Shown: positions 11,558-22,108 of the stretch, piece after piece
How positions within the stretch are numbered: the stretch's first letter is position 1
How the letters are laid out: each line of letters opens with the position of its first letter
Assembly (NCBI GenBank): GCA_943788175.1
Contig: CALSPG010000005.1
Span: forward strand, 96,001-160,000
Reading direction: 5' to 3'
Source of the DNA: an uncultured bacterium
GTDB lineage: Bacteria; Fidelibacterota; Marinisomatia; Marinisomatales; UBA1611
DNA: 64,000 nt
Position numbers and translations under genes: made by a program
Notes under the pieces: generated by a model
The model's database searches: none
What the model was told of the DNA's origin: nothing
What the model saw: only the letters and a program-made list of their open reading frames with translations

Positions 11558-11881
11558 TTGAAGGTTGATAAAAAGAGTCTATTTCTAGGTATAAGCTTAC
11601 GTGCGATATTTACAGTAGTAATTTTTCTATCATTCGGGGATGCTAACACTGACTTTTCTTTTCAAATAGGCGATAATATTCGTGGCGACTTAAAAAAAGA
11701 TATAAATGTAAGTATTGAAAAAACTATCGAAAATGGGATTGAAAAAGTTATGGTTCTTGTTAATGCGAGTGGGGATGTTTTGAAGGAAGATGTTGAAGAA
11801 GAGTTAAATAGAGTATTTAAAGAAAATAATATTAACAAGGACGATCCAAGTATAAATATTGACATTAATATAAACAGTTAG
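11558..11881 (+). CDS. Hypothetical small protein with N-terminal hydrophobic anchor
   Basis: 107-aa ORF filling the intergenic space; TTG start; N-terminal hydrophobic segment. Confidence 0.6.
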   Translation: MKVDKKSLFLGISLRAIFTVVIFLSFGDANTDFSFQIGDNIRGDLKKDINVSIEKTIENGIEKVMVLVNASGDVLKEDVEEELNRVFKENNINKDDPSINIDININS

Positions 11882-11911
11882 ATACGTTGTTTTAATAATA
11901 TAAAATCAGAC

Positions 11912-11940
11912 CCTGCATTATTCGCAGGATTTTTATTCTT
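11912..11940 (+). terminator. Weak terminator-like hairpin
   Basis: CCTGC-ATTATTC-GCAGG followed by ATTTTTATTCTT, between the 107-aa ORF and the TolC gene. Confidence 0.35.
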
Positions 11941-11960
11941 GAATAAAACTTTAAAAAACT

Positions 11961-13307
11961 TTGAAATTTAAAAGACATATATATTTATTAATAATCTTTG
12001 TATCTACCACCATAGCTCAAGATTATGATGTTTCTGAGTGTATTAAAATAGCAATCGACAGAAAAGGTACCTTGGTTTCGGCAGGCTTAGATGTGGAATC
12101 TGCCAGTCAAGGGCTTCTAGGATCTTATAGTGGGTTGCTCCCTTCTTTAAATTTCTCCACTGCAAGTGGTAAGACAAAATATCCTGATCAAGAAATAATC
12201 ATCCCAGATTTAGTGAACCTTGAAATTGATACTGTTAGTTCAGGAGAATCGAGTTATATGTCAGCAGGCTTATCGATAAATCAAACAATTTACAATGGCG
12301 GCAAATCATTAAATACAGTAAAGCAGGCCAAAGTAAACTTAAAAATAGCAAAGTTAAGAAAAAGGAACACAAAAATACAGGTTATTCAAAATGTGACATC
12401 TTCATATTATGGGTTATTAAAAGCGCAACAATTGCTGGAAGTTGCTTTAAAAAATCTTAGTTTGTCAGAAAAGCAAGTTAACCTCGTGCAAAAACAATTT
12501 GAACTAGGAGCTGTAAGAAAAACTGATTTACTTAAAGCAAACGTTTCTATGGGGCAAGCCAAAGTGGAGCTTTTAAATAGGAAAACATCTTTGGAAAATT
12601 CTAGAAGACAATTATTTAATGATATGGGTATGATAGATTTTGGACAATCAATCCAAGCTAAAAGTAGTGATTGGATACCGGTTTCAGTCCCATCTAGTGC
12701 AGAAGCGTTAGGGTTATTAAAAGAAAAAAACCCCAATGTATTGATTCAAAAAGCTGCGATAGAAATTGGCAATATCCAATTTAAAATAGCTAAAGGTATG
12801 AGGTCTCCATCTGCTTTTGCATCAATTGATTATTCTGCAAGTGGTGATAACAGCGAACAATTAAAAGAATCTTTAAAAGATGATTGGAGATTAGGCGTAA
12901 GTATGGCTATAAACTTCCCAATATTTTCGGGGAATTCATTATCTACTGCTCAACAGCAGGCAAAACTATCTCAGAGAAAATATGAGAATGACTATCTAAC
13001 ATTTTTAAATGATTTACGTGTTCAAGTTGAACTAATTAGAAAGTCTATAATGAATTATTCTGAAATAATTCCAATTAACCAGGATGTTGTTTCTGCTGCA
13101 GAAGAAGACCTTAAACTTGCACAGAAAAGATATAGCATTGGTTCAGCAACGATCTTAGAAGTACTAGATGCTCAGGTCTCATTAATTCGGTCTAATTCAA
13201 CTCTTATAAATACAGTTCATGATGCAAGAATACAAGAAATGAGACTTAAGGCTTTGTTAGGAATGTTAGATTTAGAATATCAAACTAAAGAAGAAGAAAT
13301 AAAATAA
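11961..13307 (+). CDS. TolC-family outer membrane efflux protein
   Basis: Signal peptide and two OEP repeats (LLPSLNFS...; FELGAVRKTDLL; YSIGSATILEVLDAQ). Confidence 0.92.
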   Translation: MKFKRHIYLLIIFVSTTIAQDYDVSECIKIAIDRKGTLVSAGLDVESASQGLLGSYSGLLPSLNFSTASGKTKYPDQEIIIPDLVNLEIDTVSSGESSYMSAGLSINQTIYNGGKSLNTVKQAKVNLKIAKLRKRNTKIQVIQNVTSSYYGLLKAQQLLEVALKNLSLSEKQVNLVQKQFELGAVRKTDLLKANVSMGQAKVELLNRKTSLENSRRQLFNDMGMIDFGQSIQAKSSDWIPVSVPSSAEALGLLKEKNPNVLIQKAAIEIGNIQFKIAKGMRSPSAFASIDYSASGDNSEQLKESLKDDWRLGVSMAINFPIFSGNSLSTAQQQAKLSQRKYENDYLTFLNDLRVQVELIRKSIMNYSEIIPINQDVVSAAEEDLKLAQKRYSIGSATILEVLDAQVSLIRSNSTLINTVHDARIQEMRLKALLGMLDLEYQTKEEEIK

Positions 13308-14554
13308 TGTTAGAAGTAATAAAGAAAAAAACTGTTTGGGTGTCATTAGTGGCAACTTGCCTCCTAAGCATTGGCTTTTATTTAAAATATTATAAATCCG
13401 ATGACTTGCCTACTGTTACAGCAGAATTAGTTGAAAAACGAGATATCGTTCATAAGGTGAATGCGAGTGGAACCATTCAGCCAGAAGAAGAAGTTCAAAT
13501 TACTTCAATGGTTTCAGGATGGATCACAAATATTACAGTACTCGAGGGAGATACTGTAAAACCAGGACAACATCTTATTAGTATTGATAAAAAACAATAT
13601 CAAGCTGCTTATGACCAAGCTTTATCTCAGGTTAGATCTGCAAAAGCAAATTTAAAAAATATTAAATCACAACTAGATAGAACTAAAACTTTATTTAGCC
13701 AAAAACTGATTTCAAAGCAGGAACTCGAGCAAATTGAAGCATCATATGAGTTGGCTTCTAGCCAAGTAGAGCAGGCTAGAGCAGCTTTGCTTTCGAGAGA
13801 AGACGAACTTTCTAAGACAAAATTAGTAGCACCTAAATATGGTATAGTTACAAGTCTCTCAAAAGAAGAAGGTGAAATGGCCCTAGGTGGTATGTTTAAC
13901 CCTGGAGTCTTAATGACAATAGCAGACCTTAGTTATATGGAGGTGCTGGTTGATGTAAATGAAAATGATGTTGTTACGATAGATGTAGGCGATACAACTG
14001 AAATTGAAATTGATGCTTTTCCAGATACTCTTTTTTATGGACTGGTAAGTGAAATTGCTCATACAGCGCAAAATTTAAATATGGGTGGTCAGCAACAAGT
14101 AACAAACTTTAAAGTAAAGGTCAAAATTTTAAATCCACCTGAAAAAATTAGGCCAGGGATGAGCAGTACGGTAAACATTATTTCTCAAACAATTAAAAAT
14201 ACGATTTCTGTTCCTATTCAATCTCTCGTTTCAAGACCTAAAAATTTTGAAGATCTTAAACACGGTAATCAGGAGGAAAGAGACTGGGATGATGAAGAGT
14301 ACTCTAGCATTGAAGAAAGCATCGATGTTGTATTTATTCTAGTAGATGTATTTGATGGGGAAAAAGTATCTAATGGTGAAAAGTATGCAGTAGTAAAACC
14401 TGTTGACGTCGGTCTTTCTAGTGAAGATTATTATTCTGTTCAGTCTGGTGTAGCAAGTGGGAATTTAATTGTTACGGGTAGGTATAGGGTATTGAGCAAA
14501 GAGCTACAACATGGTATGAAAGTATCATTTAAACAAGATTTACCATCAAATTAA
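13307..14554 (+). CDS. Efflux periplasmic adaptor (MacA/HlyD-family MFP)
   Basis: N-terminal [20 protein letters not shown] lipoyl half, coiled hairpin, IRPGMS. Confidence 0.92.
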   Translation: MLEVIKKKTVWVSLVATCLLSIGFYLKYYKSDDLPTVTAELVEKRDIVHKVNASGTIQPEEEVQITSMVSGWITNITVLEGDTVKPGQHLISIDKKQYQAAYDQALSQVRSAKANLKNIKSQLDRTKTLFSQKLISKQELEQIEASYELASSQVEQARAALLSREDELSKTKLVAPKYGIVTSLSKEEGEMALGGMFNPGVLMTIADLSYMEVLVDVNENDVVTIDVGDTTEIEIDAFPDTLFYGLVSEIAHTAQNLNMGGQQQVTNFKVKVKILNPPEKIRPGMSSTVNIISQTIKNTISVPIQSLVSRPKNFEDLKHGNQEERDWDDEEYSSIEESIDVVFILVDVFDGEKVSNGEKYAVVKPVDVGLSSEDYYSVQSGVASGNLIVTGRYRVLSKELQHGMKVSFKQDLPSN

Positions 14555-14592
14555 TTGACAAGTTTAGAGTTCCTATAAAAAGTTTATACGTA

Positions 14593-15282
14593 ATGAAATT
14601 AATCGGGTTAAAAGATATTTACAAGATTTACAATGTAGGGGGTGAAGAAGTTCGAGCACTCGATGGTGTTGATCTAAAAATTAACAATAATGAATACATG
14701 GCAATAATGGGTCCGTCTGGGTCTGGAAAATCTACAATGATGAATATGATTGGCTGTCTGGATTCTCCTAGTTCGGGGTTATATGAGTTTGAAGGTGAAA
14801 AAGTACACATTATGGATGATGGCCAGTTAGCTTCAATAAGAAATCGTAAAATTGGATTTGTATTTCAGACTTTTAACCTCCTACCAAAAGCCAGTGCTTT
14901 ACACAATGTCGAGATTCCGCTTGTTTACGCAAATATAAAAAAAGAAAAAAGATTAAAAATGGCTTCTGATGCCTTAATCAGCGTTGGTCTTGAAGACAGA
15001 ATGCACCATCGCCCGAATGAATTATCTGGAGGGCAGAGACAACGGGTGGCAATTGCTAGGGCACTTGTCAATAATCCTTCCATCATTCTTGCTGATGAGC
15101 CAACTGGTAACCTTGATTCGAAAAGTGGACATGAAATAATGAAAATTTTTGATGAATTGCATAGGAACGGGAATACAATAATCTTAGTAACGCATGAAGA
15201 TGATATTGCGAAATACTCTAATCGCATAGTGCGTTTATTAGATGGAAAAATTGTCAAAGATGAAATAGTTGTAAAAAATTGA
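14593..15282 (+). CDS. ABC transporter ATP-binding protein (MacB/LolD-like)
   Basis: Walker A GPSGSGKS, signature LSGGQRQR, Walker [16 protein letters not shown]. Confidence 0.96.
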   Translation: MKLIGLKDIYKIYNVGGEEVRALDGVDLKINNNEYMAIMGPSGSGKSTMMNMIGCLDSPSSGLYEFEGEKVHIMDDGQLASIRNRKIGFVFQTFNLLPKASALHNVEIPLVYANIKKEKRLKMASDALISVGLEDRMHHRPNELSGGQRQRVAIARALVNNPSIILADEPTGNLDSKSGHEIMKIFDELHRNGNTIILVTHEDDIAKYSNRIVRLLDGKIVKDEIVVKN

Positions 15283-16490
15283 TTTCTTTATTCTATGAAA
15301 ACTTAAAGATTTCATTGGTTGCTGTTTTTGCAAATAAAACGAAATCGTTACTAACGGCACTAGGCATAATAATTGGCGTTCTATCTGTAACTTTAATGGG
15401 CACACTTATTTCTGGGTTAGACCGTTCATTTGAGAGCAGCATGTCGTGGCTTGGTAAAGATGTTTTATACGTCAGTCGCTATGAGTGGTTTAGTGATATG
15501 GAATGGTGGGAAGTAAAGAACAGGCCAAGGATGAGGTCAGAATATGTAGATAAAATTAAAAATTTATCGAAGTACGCTCTAGCGGTGTCGCCGGTAATGC
15601 AGCGAACAGCATCTTTATCATATGCAGATAAAGAGACGCGAACGGAAATATTTGGGACCAATGAAGAGTACATGGAAACAATTAGTACTGATTTGGATTT
15701 AGGGCGATTTTTTTCTTTAAGCGAGGACAGAAATGGTTCTAGGGTTACAATTATTGGATATGGTTTAAAAGAAGCTTTTTTTGGCTCTGATAACCCGATA
15801 GGTAAATATATAAAAATTGATAATATAAAATTCAGAGTTATTGGTGTACTAGAAAAACAAGGAAAGTTCTTGGGTTTATTTAGTGTTGATAATCAAGCCA
15901 TCCTTCCTTTGGGGGCTTATAATAGGATTTTTTCGAAACGCGGTTGGATGCGTCTAAGTGTAAAAGTTCCTGAACAAAAAATTGAGGATGGTCATGATGA
16001 AATTACTGGTATCATGAGGCAAATACGCGGACTTAAACCAAGTGAAAAAAGTGACTTTGCCATCAATAAAACAAAAGCATTCGAGGCGCAGTACAACAAA
16101 TTAAAACTTGCCATAGGGGGCACGGGATATTTTATCACATTATTGTCTCTTATAGTTGGGGGCATTGGAATAATGAATATTATGTTTGTTACGGTAAAAG
16201 AAAGGACACGAGAGATTGGAGTTCGAAAAGCAATTGGAGCAACAAATGGCATGATTTTAAGTCAGTTTCTTATGGAGGCAGTTACAATATGTTTTTTTGC
16301 AGGGCTAATTGGACTGTTATTAGCTTACATAATTAGTTTATTTATTAATCAAGTTTTTCCATCGACTTTGCCCTTAGGACTTTCACTGTTTTCAATTTTT
16401 ATTAGTATGTTGGTTGGAATACTCTCTGGAATAATCCCCGCATATAAAGCTTCAAAACTTGACCCAATAGATGCTTTGAGGTATGAATAA
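15279..16490 (+). CDS. ABC transporter permease (MacB/FtsX-like) 1
   Basis: [12 protein letters not shown], periplasmic domain, [38 protein letters not shown]. Confidence 0.93.
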   Translation: MISLFYENLKISLVAVFANKTKSLLTALGIIIGVLSVTLMGTLISGLDRSFESSMSWLGKDVLYVSRYEWFSDMEWWEVKNRPRMRSEYVDKIKNLSKYALAVSPVMQRTASLSYADKETRTEIFGTNEEYMETISTDLDLGRFFSLSEDRNGSRVTIIGYGLKEAFFGSDNPIGKYIKIDNIKFRVIGVLEKQGKFLGLFSVDNQAILPLGAYNRIFSKRGWMRLSVKVPEQKIEDGHDEITGIMRQIRGLKPSEKSDFAINKTKAFEAQYNKLKLAIGGTGYFITLLSLIVGGIGIMNIMFVTVKERTREIGVRKAIGATNGMILSQFLMEAVTICFFAGLIGLLLAYIISLFINQVFPSTLPLGLSLFSIFISMLVGILSGIIPAYKASKLDPIDALRYE

Positions 16491-17739
16491 AGTGCTTTCA
16501 AGAAGCTTAAAAAATATCCTCCGTGAAAGTTTTTATATGGCTATTGATGCAATTAGACAAAACAAGCTTAGATCGTCCCTGACTTTGATAGGAATAAGTA
16601 TTGGTGTCTTTTCAGTAATTGGAGTGATGACTGCAATAAGGACATTAGAATCATCAGTTGCTTCTGGTCTTAATGTTTTTGCAGCAAATACATTTGTAAT
16701 TCAAAAATTCCCGGCAATACAAATTGGGAGGCGAACAAAAAACTATAGAAACAGAAAAAATATAGACTTTAGCCAATACAAAAAATTAAAACAAAAAGCT
16801 AAGCTTCCTGTTCTTATCAGTGTTAATGAGGGTCAGTCAATAAGGAATGTCAAATACAAGGATAAAATAGTTAAAAATTATATAGAATTATTTGGTGGCG
16901 ATGAAGGCAGTATAAGGATGGTTAATACTTTTATTTCTGAGGGAAGAAACATTGCCCCAGACGATGTGAGATATGCAAGGAACGTATGCATCTTAGGAAT
17001 GGATGTTGTAGATAGACTTTTTCCTTTTGAAAATCCGCTTTCAAAAAAAATACAACTAAATGGATTGGATTATCATGTTATTGGTATTGCTGAAAGGAAA
17101 GGAGAAGCATTCGGTCAAAGTCAAGATAACTATATTGCTATTCCAATTACAAATTTTTTACAAAAGTTTTCAAATAAGTGGACATCCTTAAGTATAAATG
17201 TAGAGGCTCGTTCTGAATTAGAATATGAAAAAACAAGACAAGAAGTGATTGGAATTATGCGATCAATACGGAAAGTAAGCCCGGGAGATGAAAATGATTT
17301 TGAGATTGTGACAAGTGATGAAATGATTGAAACTCTTTCAGGGTTTACTAACGGAATAAAGCTTTTTGCGCTAATGGTAAGTGTAATTGCACTGATTGTG
17401 GCTGGAATTGGAATCATGAATATAATGCTGGTTTCTGTTACGGAGAGAATTAAAGAAATTGGGATAAGAAAAGCGATTGGAGCAACAAAGCAAGATATCT
17501 TGACGCAGTTTTTAATGGAGGCTGTTTTTTTGAGTGAATTTGGTGGAATTGCTGGTATTATATTTGGCATAGGCGCAGGGAATATTGTTTCTTTTGTTTT
17601 TAATATACCTGCTGTAATACCGATGGATTGGGCTGTTATTGGACTTTTAGTTTGTTCAATTATTGGGATTGGTTTTGGTATATACCCAGCCTGGAAAGCG
17701 GCCCAGCTTGATCCAATTGAATCACTCCGCTTCGAATAA
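16483..17739 (+). CDS. ABC transporter permease (MacB/FtsX-like) 2
   Basis: [50 protein letters not shown]; paralog of the preceding gene. Confidence 0.93.
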   Translation: MNKVLSRSLKNILRESFYMAIDAIRQNKLRSSLTLIGISIGVFSVIGVMTAIRTLESSVASGLNVFAANTFVIQKFPAIQIGRRTKNYRNRKNIDFSQYKKLKQKAKLPVLISVNEGQSIRNVKYKDKIVKNYIELFGGDEGSIRMVNTFISEGRNIAPDDVRYARNVCILGMDVVDRLFPFENPLSKKIQLNGLDYHVIGIAERKGEAFGQSQDNYIAIPITNFLQKFSNKWTSLSINVEARSELEYEKTRQEVIGIMRSIRKVSPGDENDFEIVTSDEMIETLSGFTNGIKLFALMVSVIALIVAGIGIMNIMLVSVTERIKEIGIRKAIGATKQDILTQFLMEAVFLSEFGGIAGIIFGIGAGNIVSFVFNIPAVIPMDWAVIGLLVCSIIGIGFGIYPAWKAAQLDPIESLRFE

Positions 17740-17869
17740 ATTTTCTTTTACAAAAAGGAAGGCTAAGTTTCACAACAAAAACTATGCCTAATTCATTACA
17801 TATAAACGCAGTCACCTACTATACGAGAGCAATAATGATGATTTATAAATTTAATTTTATTATGAAATA

Positions 17870-18589
17870 ATGGTAGTAGGCGTTATCCCAGCAAGAATTG
17901 GTTCGAAGAGGTTTCCTAAAAAAATATTAGTGGATATTAATGGTAAACCTATGATTGCGCATGTTGCAGAAAGAGCTAAGCAATCAAAGCTTTTAGATAA
18001 GGTTATCGTGGCAATAGATTCTGAAGAAACGAAGCAAGTTTTGTCTGATTTTGATTTTGAACTAGTCATGACTAGTGAGAAGCATTCAAGTGGAACAGAT
18101 CGGGTTTCTCAAGTTATAAAAGAGATAGATGAGGCTGAAGTAGTTATCAATATTCAGGGTGATGAACCATTGTTGAATCCCGGCTTAATTGATGGGCTTA
18201 TAAAACTATTTGATGACCCTACAGTAACAATGGCTACGGTAGTAAGTCGCAATATAGGTATTAGAGATTATCTAGATAGAAACATAGTGAAAGCCTTTTT
18301 AGATGAACATCAAAATGCATATGATTTTAAGCGCGATATTTATGACTCAGATATTGGTGGCGTTTTTAGGCACATAGGCTTTTATGGTTTTCAAAGAGAA
18401 ACTCTTTTTGAATTTGCTTCAATGCCGGTCTCAAAAAATGAAATTAAATATTCACTTGAACAGTTCCGAGCGTTAGATAATGATATAGAAATTAAGGCAC
18501 TAATAACAAATTCAGAGCAACATGCAGTTGATACCCCTCAAGATCTAGATTATGTGATTGCTAAGTTGAATAAAGAAAAAATTAATTAA
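17870..18589 (+). CDS. kdsB: 3-deoxy-manno-octulosonate cytidylyltransferase
   Basis: IPARIGSKRFPKK, SGTDR, INIQGDEP, HIGFY, LEQFRAL, VDTPQDL. Confidence 0.95.
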   Translation: MVVGVIPARIGSKRFPKKILVDINGKPMIAHVAERAKQSKLLDKVIVAIDSEETKQVLSDFDFELVMTSEKHSSGTDRVSQVIKEIDEAEVVINIQGDEPLLNPGLIDGLIKLFDDPTVTMATVVSRNIGIRDYLDRNIVKAFLDEHQNAYDFKRDIYDSDIGGVFRHIGFYGFQRETLFEFASMPVSKNEIKYSLEQFRALDNDIEIKALITNSEQHAVDTPQDLDYVIAKLNKEKIN

Positions 18590-18602
18590 TAGGATATTTA
18601 TA

Positions 18603-20228
18603 ATGTCTTCAAAAAATCCCACTAAATATATATTTGTACTTGGCGGAGTTATGTCTGGCTTGGGCAAGGGTATTGCGGCCTCATCTATTGGCTACATATT
18701 AAAAAACTCAGGTCTAAGAGTTACAATTTTGAAATTGGATCCATATTTAAATGTTGATCCCGGGACAATGAATCCTTATCAGCATGGCGAAGTATTTGTT
18801 TTAGATGATGGTTCTGAAACAGATCTTGATTTAGGTCACTATGAACGTTTCATAGATATAAGCATGACAAAAAACAATAATGCAACAGCAGGCCAGATAT
18901 ACAGCACAGTGCTAGACAAAGAACGAAAAGGCGAGTATCTCGGTCAGACTGTTCAAGTAATTCCTCATGTAACCGATGAAATCATAAAAAGAATAAAGAG
19001 TGTAAATAAACCAAAGAAATACGATGTCGTAATTTGTGAAGTCGGGGGTACTGTTGGAGACATAGAAAGCTTGCCTTTTATGGAAGCAATTCGACAGTTG
19101 TCCTTAAATGTTGGACGTGAAAATCATTTGATAATGCACGTGACTTTATTACCATATGTTAAAGCTAGTGGTGAACTTAAATCAAAGCCAACTCAACACT
19201 CAGTTATGAAGTTAAGAGAAATTGGACTTACGCCAGATATGATTTTGTGCCGTTCAGATCATAAAATAGATAAATCGGTTAGAGAAAAAATCGCTCTATT
19301 TTGTAATGTGAGGGCAGACCATGTTTTTGAAGGTAGAGATGTTAGTAGTATTTATGAGGTTCCATTATTATTGCATAAACAAAACATGGGTCATTTAGTT
19401 AATGAGCGTTTACAATTAGATAAAGAGCCTGAATTAACTAAGTTAAAAAATTTCGTACACAATTACAAAAATCCTGAGGTAGAGGTTTTAATTGCGATGT
19501 GTGGTAAATACACTGAACTCATTGATTCCTATAAAAGTGTTTTAGAATCTTTTGTCCATGCAGGAGTTGAGAACAATACAAGAGTAAATATTAAATGGGT
19601 CAAAACAGATAAAATCACAAATGATACGACTGCAAAAAAAGAGTTTAAAAATGTTGATGGTATTTTAATATTACCTGGTTTTGGGGCAAGGGGAAGCGAA
19701 GGAAAAATTTTATCTTCCAAATATGCTAGGGAAAATAATGTGCCTTTTTTTGGAATATGTTTAGGTATGCAATGTGCTATTATTGACTTTGCTAGGAACG
19801 TGTGTGGATTAAAAGGAGCCAATTCAACAGAGTTTAACAAACGTACAAAACACCCAGTAATTGATTTGATGGAATCACAAAAAGCGATAAAAATCAAGGG
19901 CGGTACTATGAGACTTGGAGCGTATGACTGCACTATTAAACCTGGGACAAAAGCATTCTCAGCATATAGATCGAAAAAGGTTTCTGAGAGACATAGGCAT
20001 CGTTTCGAAGTAAACAATAGGTACAAAAAAAAGCTTGAAAAAGCTGGAATGATCATCTCTGGAGTTAATGAAGAGTTAGGGGTTGTAGAAACAATTGAGA
20101 TAAGTGAACACCCGTGGTTTGTTGCTGGTCAGTTTCACCCAGAATTAAAGAGTCGTGTAAATAAAGCTCATCCCCTTTTCAGAGAATTTATAAAATCGTC
20201 AAAAAAATATAATGCGAAGAGGAAATAA
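18603..20228 (+). CDS. pyrG: CTP synthase
   Basis: GGVMSGLGKG, DPYLNVDPGTMNPYQHGEV, GICLGMQ, RHRHRFE, QFHPE. Confidence 0.99.
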   Translation: MSSKNPTKYIFVLGGVMSGLGKGIAASSIGYILKNSGLRVTILKLDPYLNVDPGTMNPYQHGEVFVLDDGSETDLDLGHYERFIDISMTKNNNATAGQIYSTVLDKERKGEYLGQTVQVIPHVTDEIIKRIKSVNKPKKYDVVICEVGGTVGDIESLPFMEAIRQLSLNVGRENHLIMHVTLLPYVKASGELKSKPTQHSVMKLREIGLTPDMILCRSDHKIDKSVREKIALFCNVRADHVFEGRDVSSIYEVPLLLHKQNMGHLVNERLQLDKEPELTKLKNFVHNYKNPEVEVLIAMCGKYTELIDSYKSVLESFVHAGVENNTRVNIKWVKTDKITNDTTAKKEFKNVDGILILPGFGARGSEGKILSSKYARENNVPFFGICLGMQCAIIDFARNVCGLKGANSTEFNKRTKHPVIDLMESQKAIKIKGGTMRLGAYDCTIKPGTKAFSAYRSKKVSERHRHRFEVNNRYKKKLEKAGMIISGVNEELGVVETIEISEHPWFVAGQFHPELKSRVNKAHPLFREFIKSSKKYNAKRK

Positions 20229-21044
20229 ATGTTAAAAGAAATTAAAGTTGGTGAAGTCGTCTTTGGGGATAACAATCTCGGAATCATCGCTGGTCCTTGT
20301 GTTATTGAAAACCGAGATCACTCGTTAAAAATGTCTTCAGCAATAAATGAAATTTCAAGAAAAGTACATCTTCCTATTATTTTTAAAAGCTCTTTTGACA
20401 AAGCAAACAGGACTTCTATTGAATCATTTAGAGGTCCTGGTATTGAAGAAGGATTGAAAATTTTAAGCGACGTAAAATCAGAAACCGGAATGAAAGTGCT
20501 TACAGATATTCACACTGCCGAGCAGGCTAAAATAGTAGCAGAGGTTGTAGATATAATTCAAATTCCTGCTTTCTTGAGTAGACAGACAGATATTCTCTTA
20601 GCTGCTGCAAAAACTGGGAAGATCGTTAATATTAAAAAGGGGCAGTTTTTAGCACCTTGGGATGTTGAGCATATTGTTAAAAAAGTTGAGGAATCGGGCT
20701 CAGAAAATATATTGCTGACTGATAGAGGTACTCAGTTTGGGTATAATAATTTAGTTGCTGATATGCGAGCAATTCCCCTTATGCAGAACTATGGATATCC
20801 AGTTGTTTTTGACGCGACTCACAGTGCACAATTGCCTGGAGGAAGCGGTGGGCATTCATCTGGCATGAGAGATATGATTCCAACGCTAGCTAAATCTGCA
20901 GTGGCTGCTGGGTGTAATGGTGTCTTTATGGAAGTTCATGATAATGTTGATTTGGCTAAATCAGATGCAGCAACACAATGGCCTTTAGATCAATTAACTT
21001 CTCTTCTAGTAGATTTAAAAAAAGTTCATAACTCACTTAGGTAA
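20229..21044 (+). CDS. kdsA: KDO8P synthase
   Basis: IAGPCVIE, KSSFDKANRTS, QIPAFLSRQT, KKGQF, DATHS. Confidence 0.98.
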   Translation: MLKEIKVGEVVFGDNNLGIIAGPCVIENRDHSLKMSSAINEISRKVHLPIIFKSSFDKANRTSIESFRGPGIEEGLKILSDVKSETGMKVLTDIHTAEQAKIVAEVVDIIQIPAFLSRQTDILLAAAKTGKIVNIKKGQFLAPWDVEHIVKKVEESGSENILLTDRGTQFGYNNLVADMRAIPLMQNYGYPVVFDATHSAQLPGGSGGHSSGMRDMIPTLAKSAVAAGCNGVFMEVHDNVDLAKSDAATQWPLDQLTSLLVDLKKVHNSLR

Positions 21045-21048
21045 ATAT

Positions 21049-21576
21049 ATGATTGACTATAAAAAAATTGAAATGATCATTTCTGATATTGATGGCGTTT
21101 GGACTGACGGCTCTATTTATAGAGGAACTGATAATATGGAATTTAAAAAATTTTCTGTTTTTGATGGGGTTGGAGTTGCCTATGCTAGGGCAGCAGATTT
21201 AAAAATTGCAATTATTTCTGCTCGTTATTCTCCAGCCACAGAGTTTCGAGCAAAAGAATTAAAAATTGATGACTGTTACAATGGGGGATTAAACAAGTTG
21301 CATGCTTACAACGATTTAAAGAAGAAGTATTCATTATATGACGATCAAATCTCCTATTTAGGAGATGATATGGTTGATCTACCGGTTATGGAATTAGTTG
21401 GTTTACCAATTGCTGTAGCTAACGCCACCCCAGATATTATTCAAGTAGCGAAGCACACAACTGAGACTAAAGGTGGTGAAGGTGCTTTTAGAGAAGCGGT
21501 TGAATGGATTATTAAAAAGCAGAATAGAACAGAAGAAGTAAAAGAAGCAATGATAAGAAGAGTACTGAAAAGCTGA
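21049..21576 (+). CDS. kdsC: KDO8P phosphatase (HAD family)
   Basis: DIDGVWTDG, GDDMVD, GGEGAFRE; directly after kdsA. Confidence 0.92.
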   Translation: MIDYKKIEMIISDIDGVWTDGSIYRGTDNMEFKKFSVFDGVGVAYARAADLKIAIISARYSPATEFRAKELKIDDCYNGGLNKLHAYNDLKKKYSLYDDQISYLGDDMVDLPVMELVGLPIAVANATPDIIQVAKHTTETKGGEGAFREAVEWIIKKQNRTEEVKEAMIRRVLKS

Positions 21577-21579
21577 TTA

Positions 21580-22107
21580 ATGAAAAAGCTAATTTGGTTA
21601 AATGTTTCATTGTTAATTTTGTTTGGATGCTCATCTGAACCGCCTGATTTATTTTTAGAAAAAGGAACTGATTTTCCAGATCAAGAAAGTTGGGGTGTTA
21701 CAATAATTTTAACAGACTCTTCAATTGAAAGAGCCAGAGTAAACTCGGGCCATTTAGAAAAATATAATCAGAAAAAGCATATTTTACTTGATGACAAAGT
21801 TCAAGTAGACTTTTTTGATAAAAAACAGACGCATGTTGCGGTATTAAATAGTTATAAAGCTGAGGTAGATCAAAAGACAAATAATATGAAAGCAATCGGT
21901 AACGTGGTTGCAATTTCTGATAGTGGGATTACGTTGTTTACAGACACGCTTTATTGGGACGCAAAAAATGAAAAAATGAGTACTTTGGATTCTGTTATGA
22001 TTACGACATTGAATGAAGACACACTCTATGGTATTGGCTTTGAATCTGACTCAGATTTAGAGAATTGGAAAATATTGAAGCCCTCTGGCGTAACTGGAAG
22101 AAATTGA
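21580..22107 (+). CDS. lptC: LPS export protein LptC-like
   Basis: Beta-jellyroll-type pattern (AIGNVVAIS, LFTDTLYWD, LYGIGFESD), position between kdsC and lptB, lipobox LFGC. Confidence 0.8.
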   Translation: MKKLIWLNVSLLILFGCSSEPPDLFLEKGTDFPDQESWGVTIILTDSSIERARVNSGHLEKYNQKKHILLDDKVQVDFFDKKQTHVAVLNSYKAEVDQKTNNMKAIGNVVAISDSGITLFTDTLYWDAKNEKMSTLDSVMITTLNEDTLYGIGFESDSDLENWKILKPSGVTGRN

Positions 22108-22108
22108 T

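Noticed and set aside
14555-14585. Sigma-70 promoter from a perfect TTGACA inside the exporter operon
   Set aside because: There is no convincing -10 hexamer at 16-18 nt spacing, and such matches are common in AT-rich DNA.
19529-20056. Long antisense and alternate-frame ORFs (this one, 27366..27845, 53775..54242, 17130..17570, 30671..31054 and similar)
   Set aside because: They lie wholly within well-supported genes and have no recognisable motifs; they are shadow ORFs caused by codon bias.
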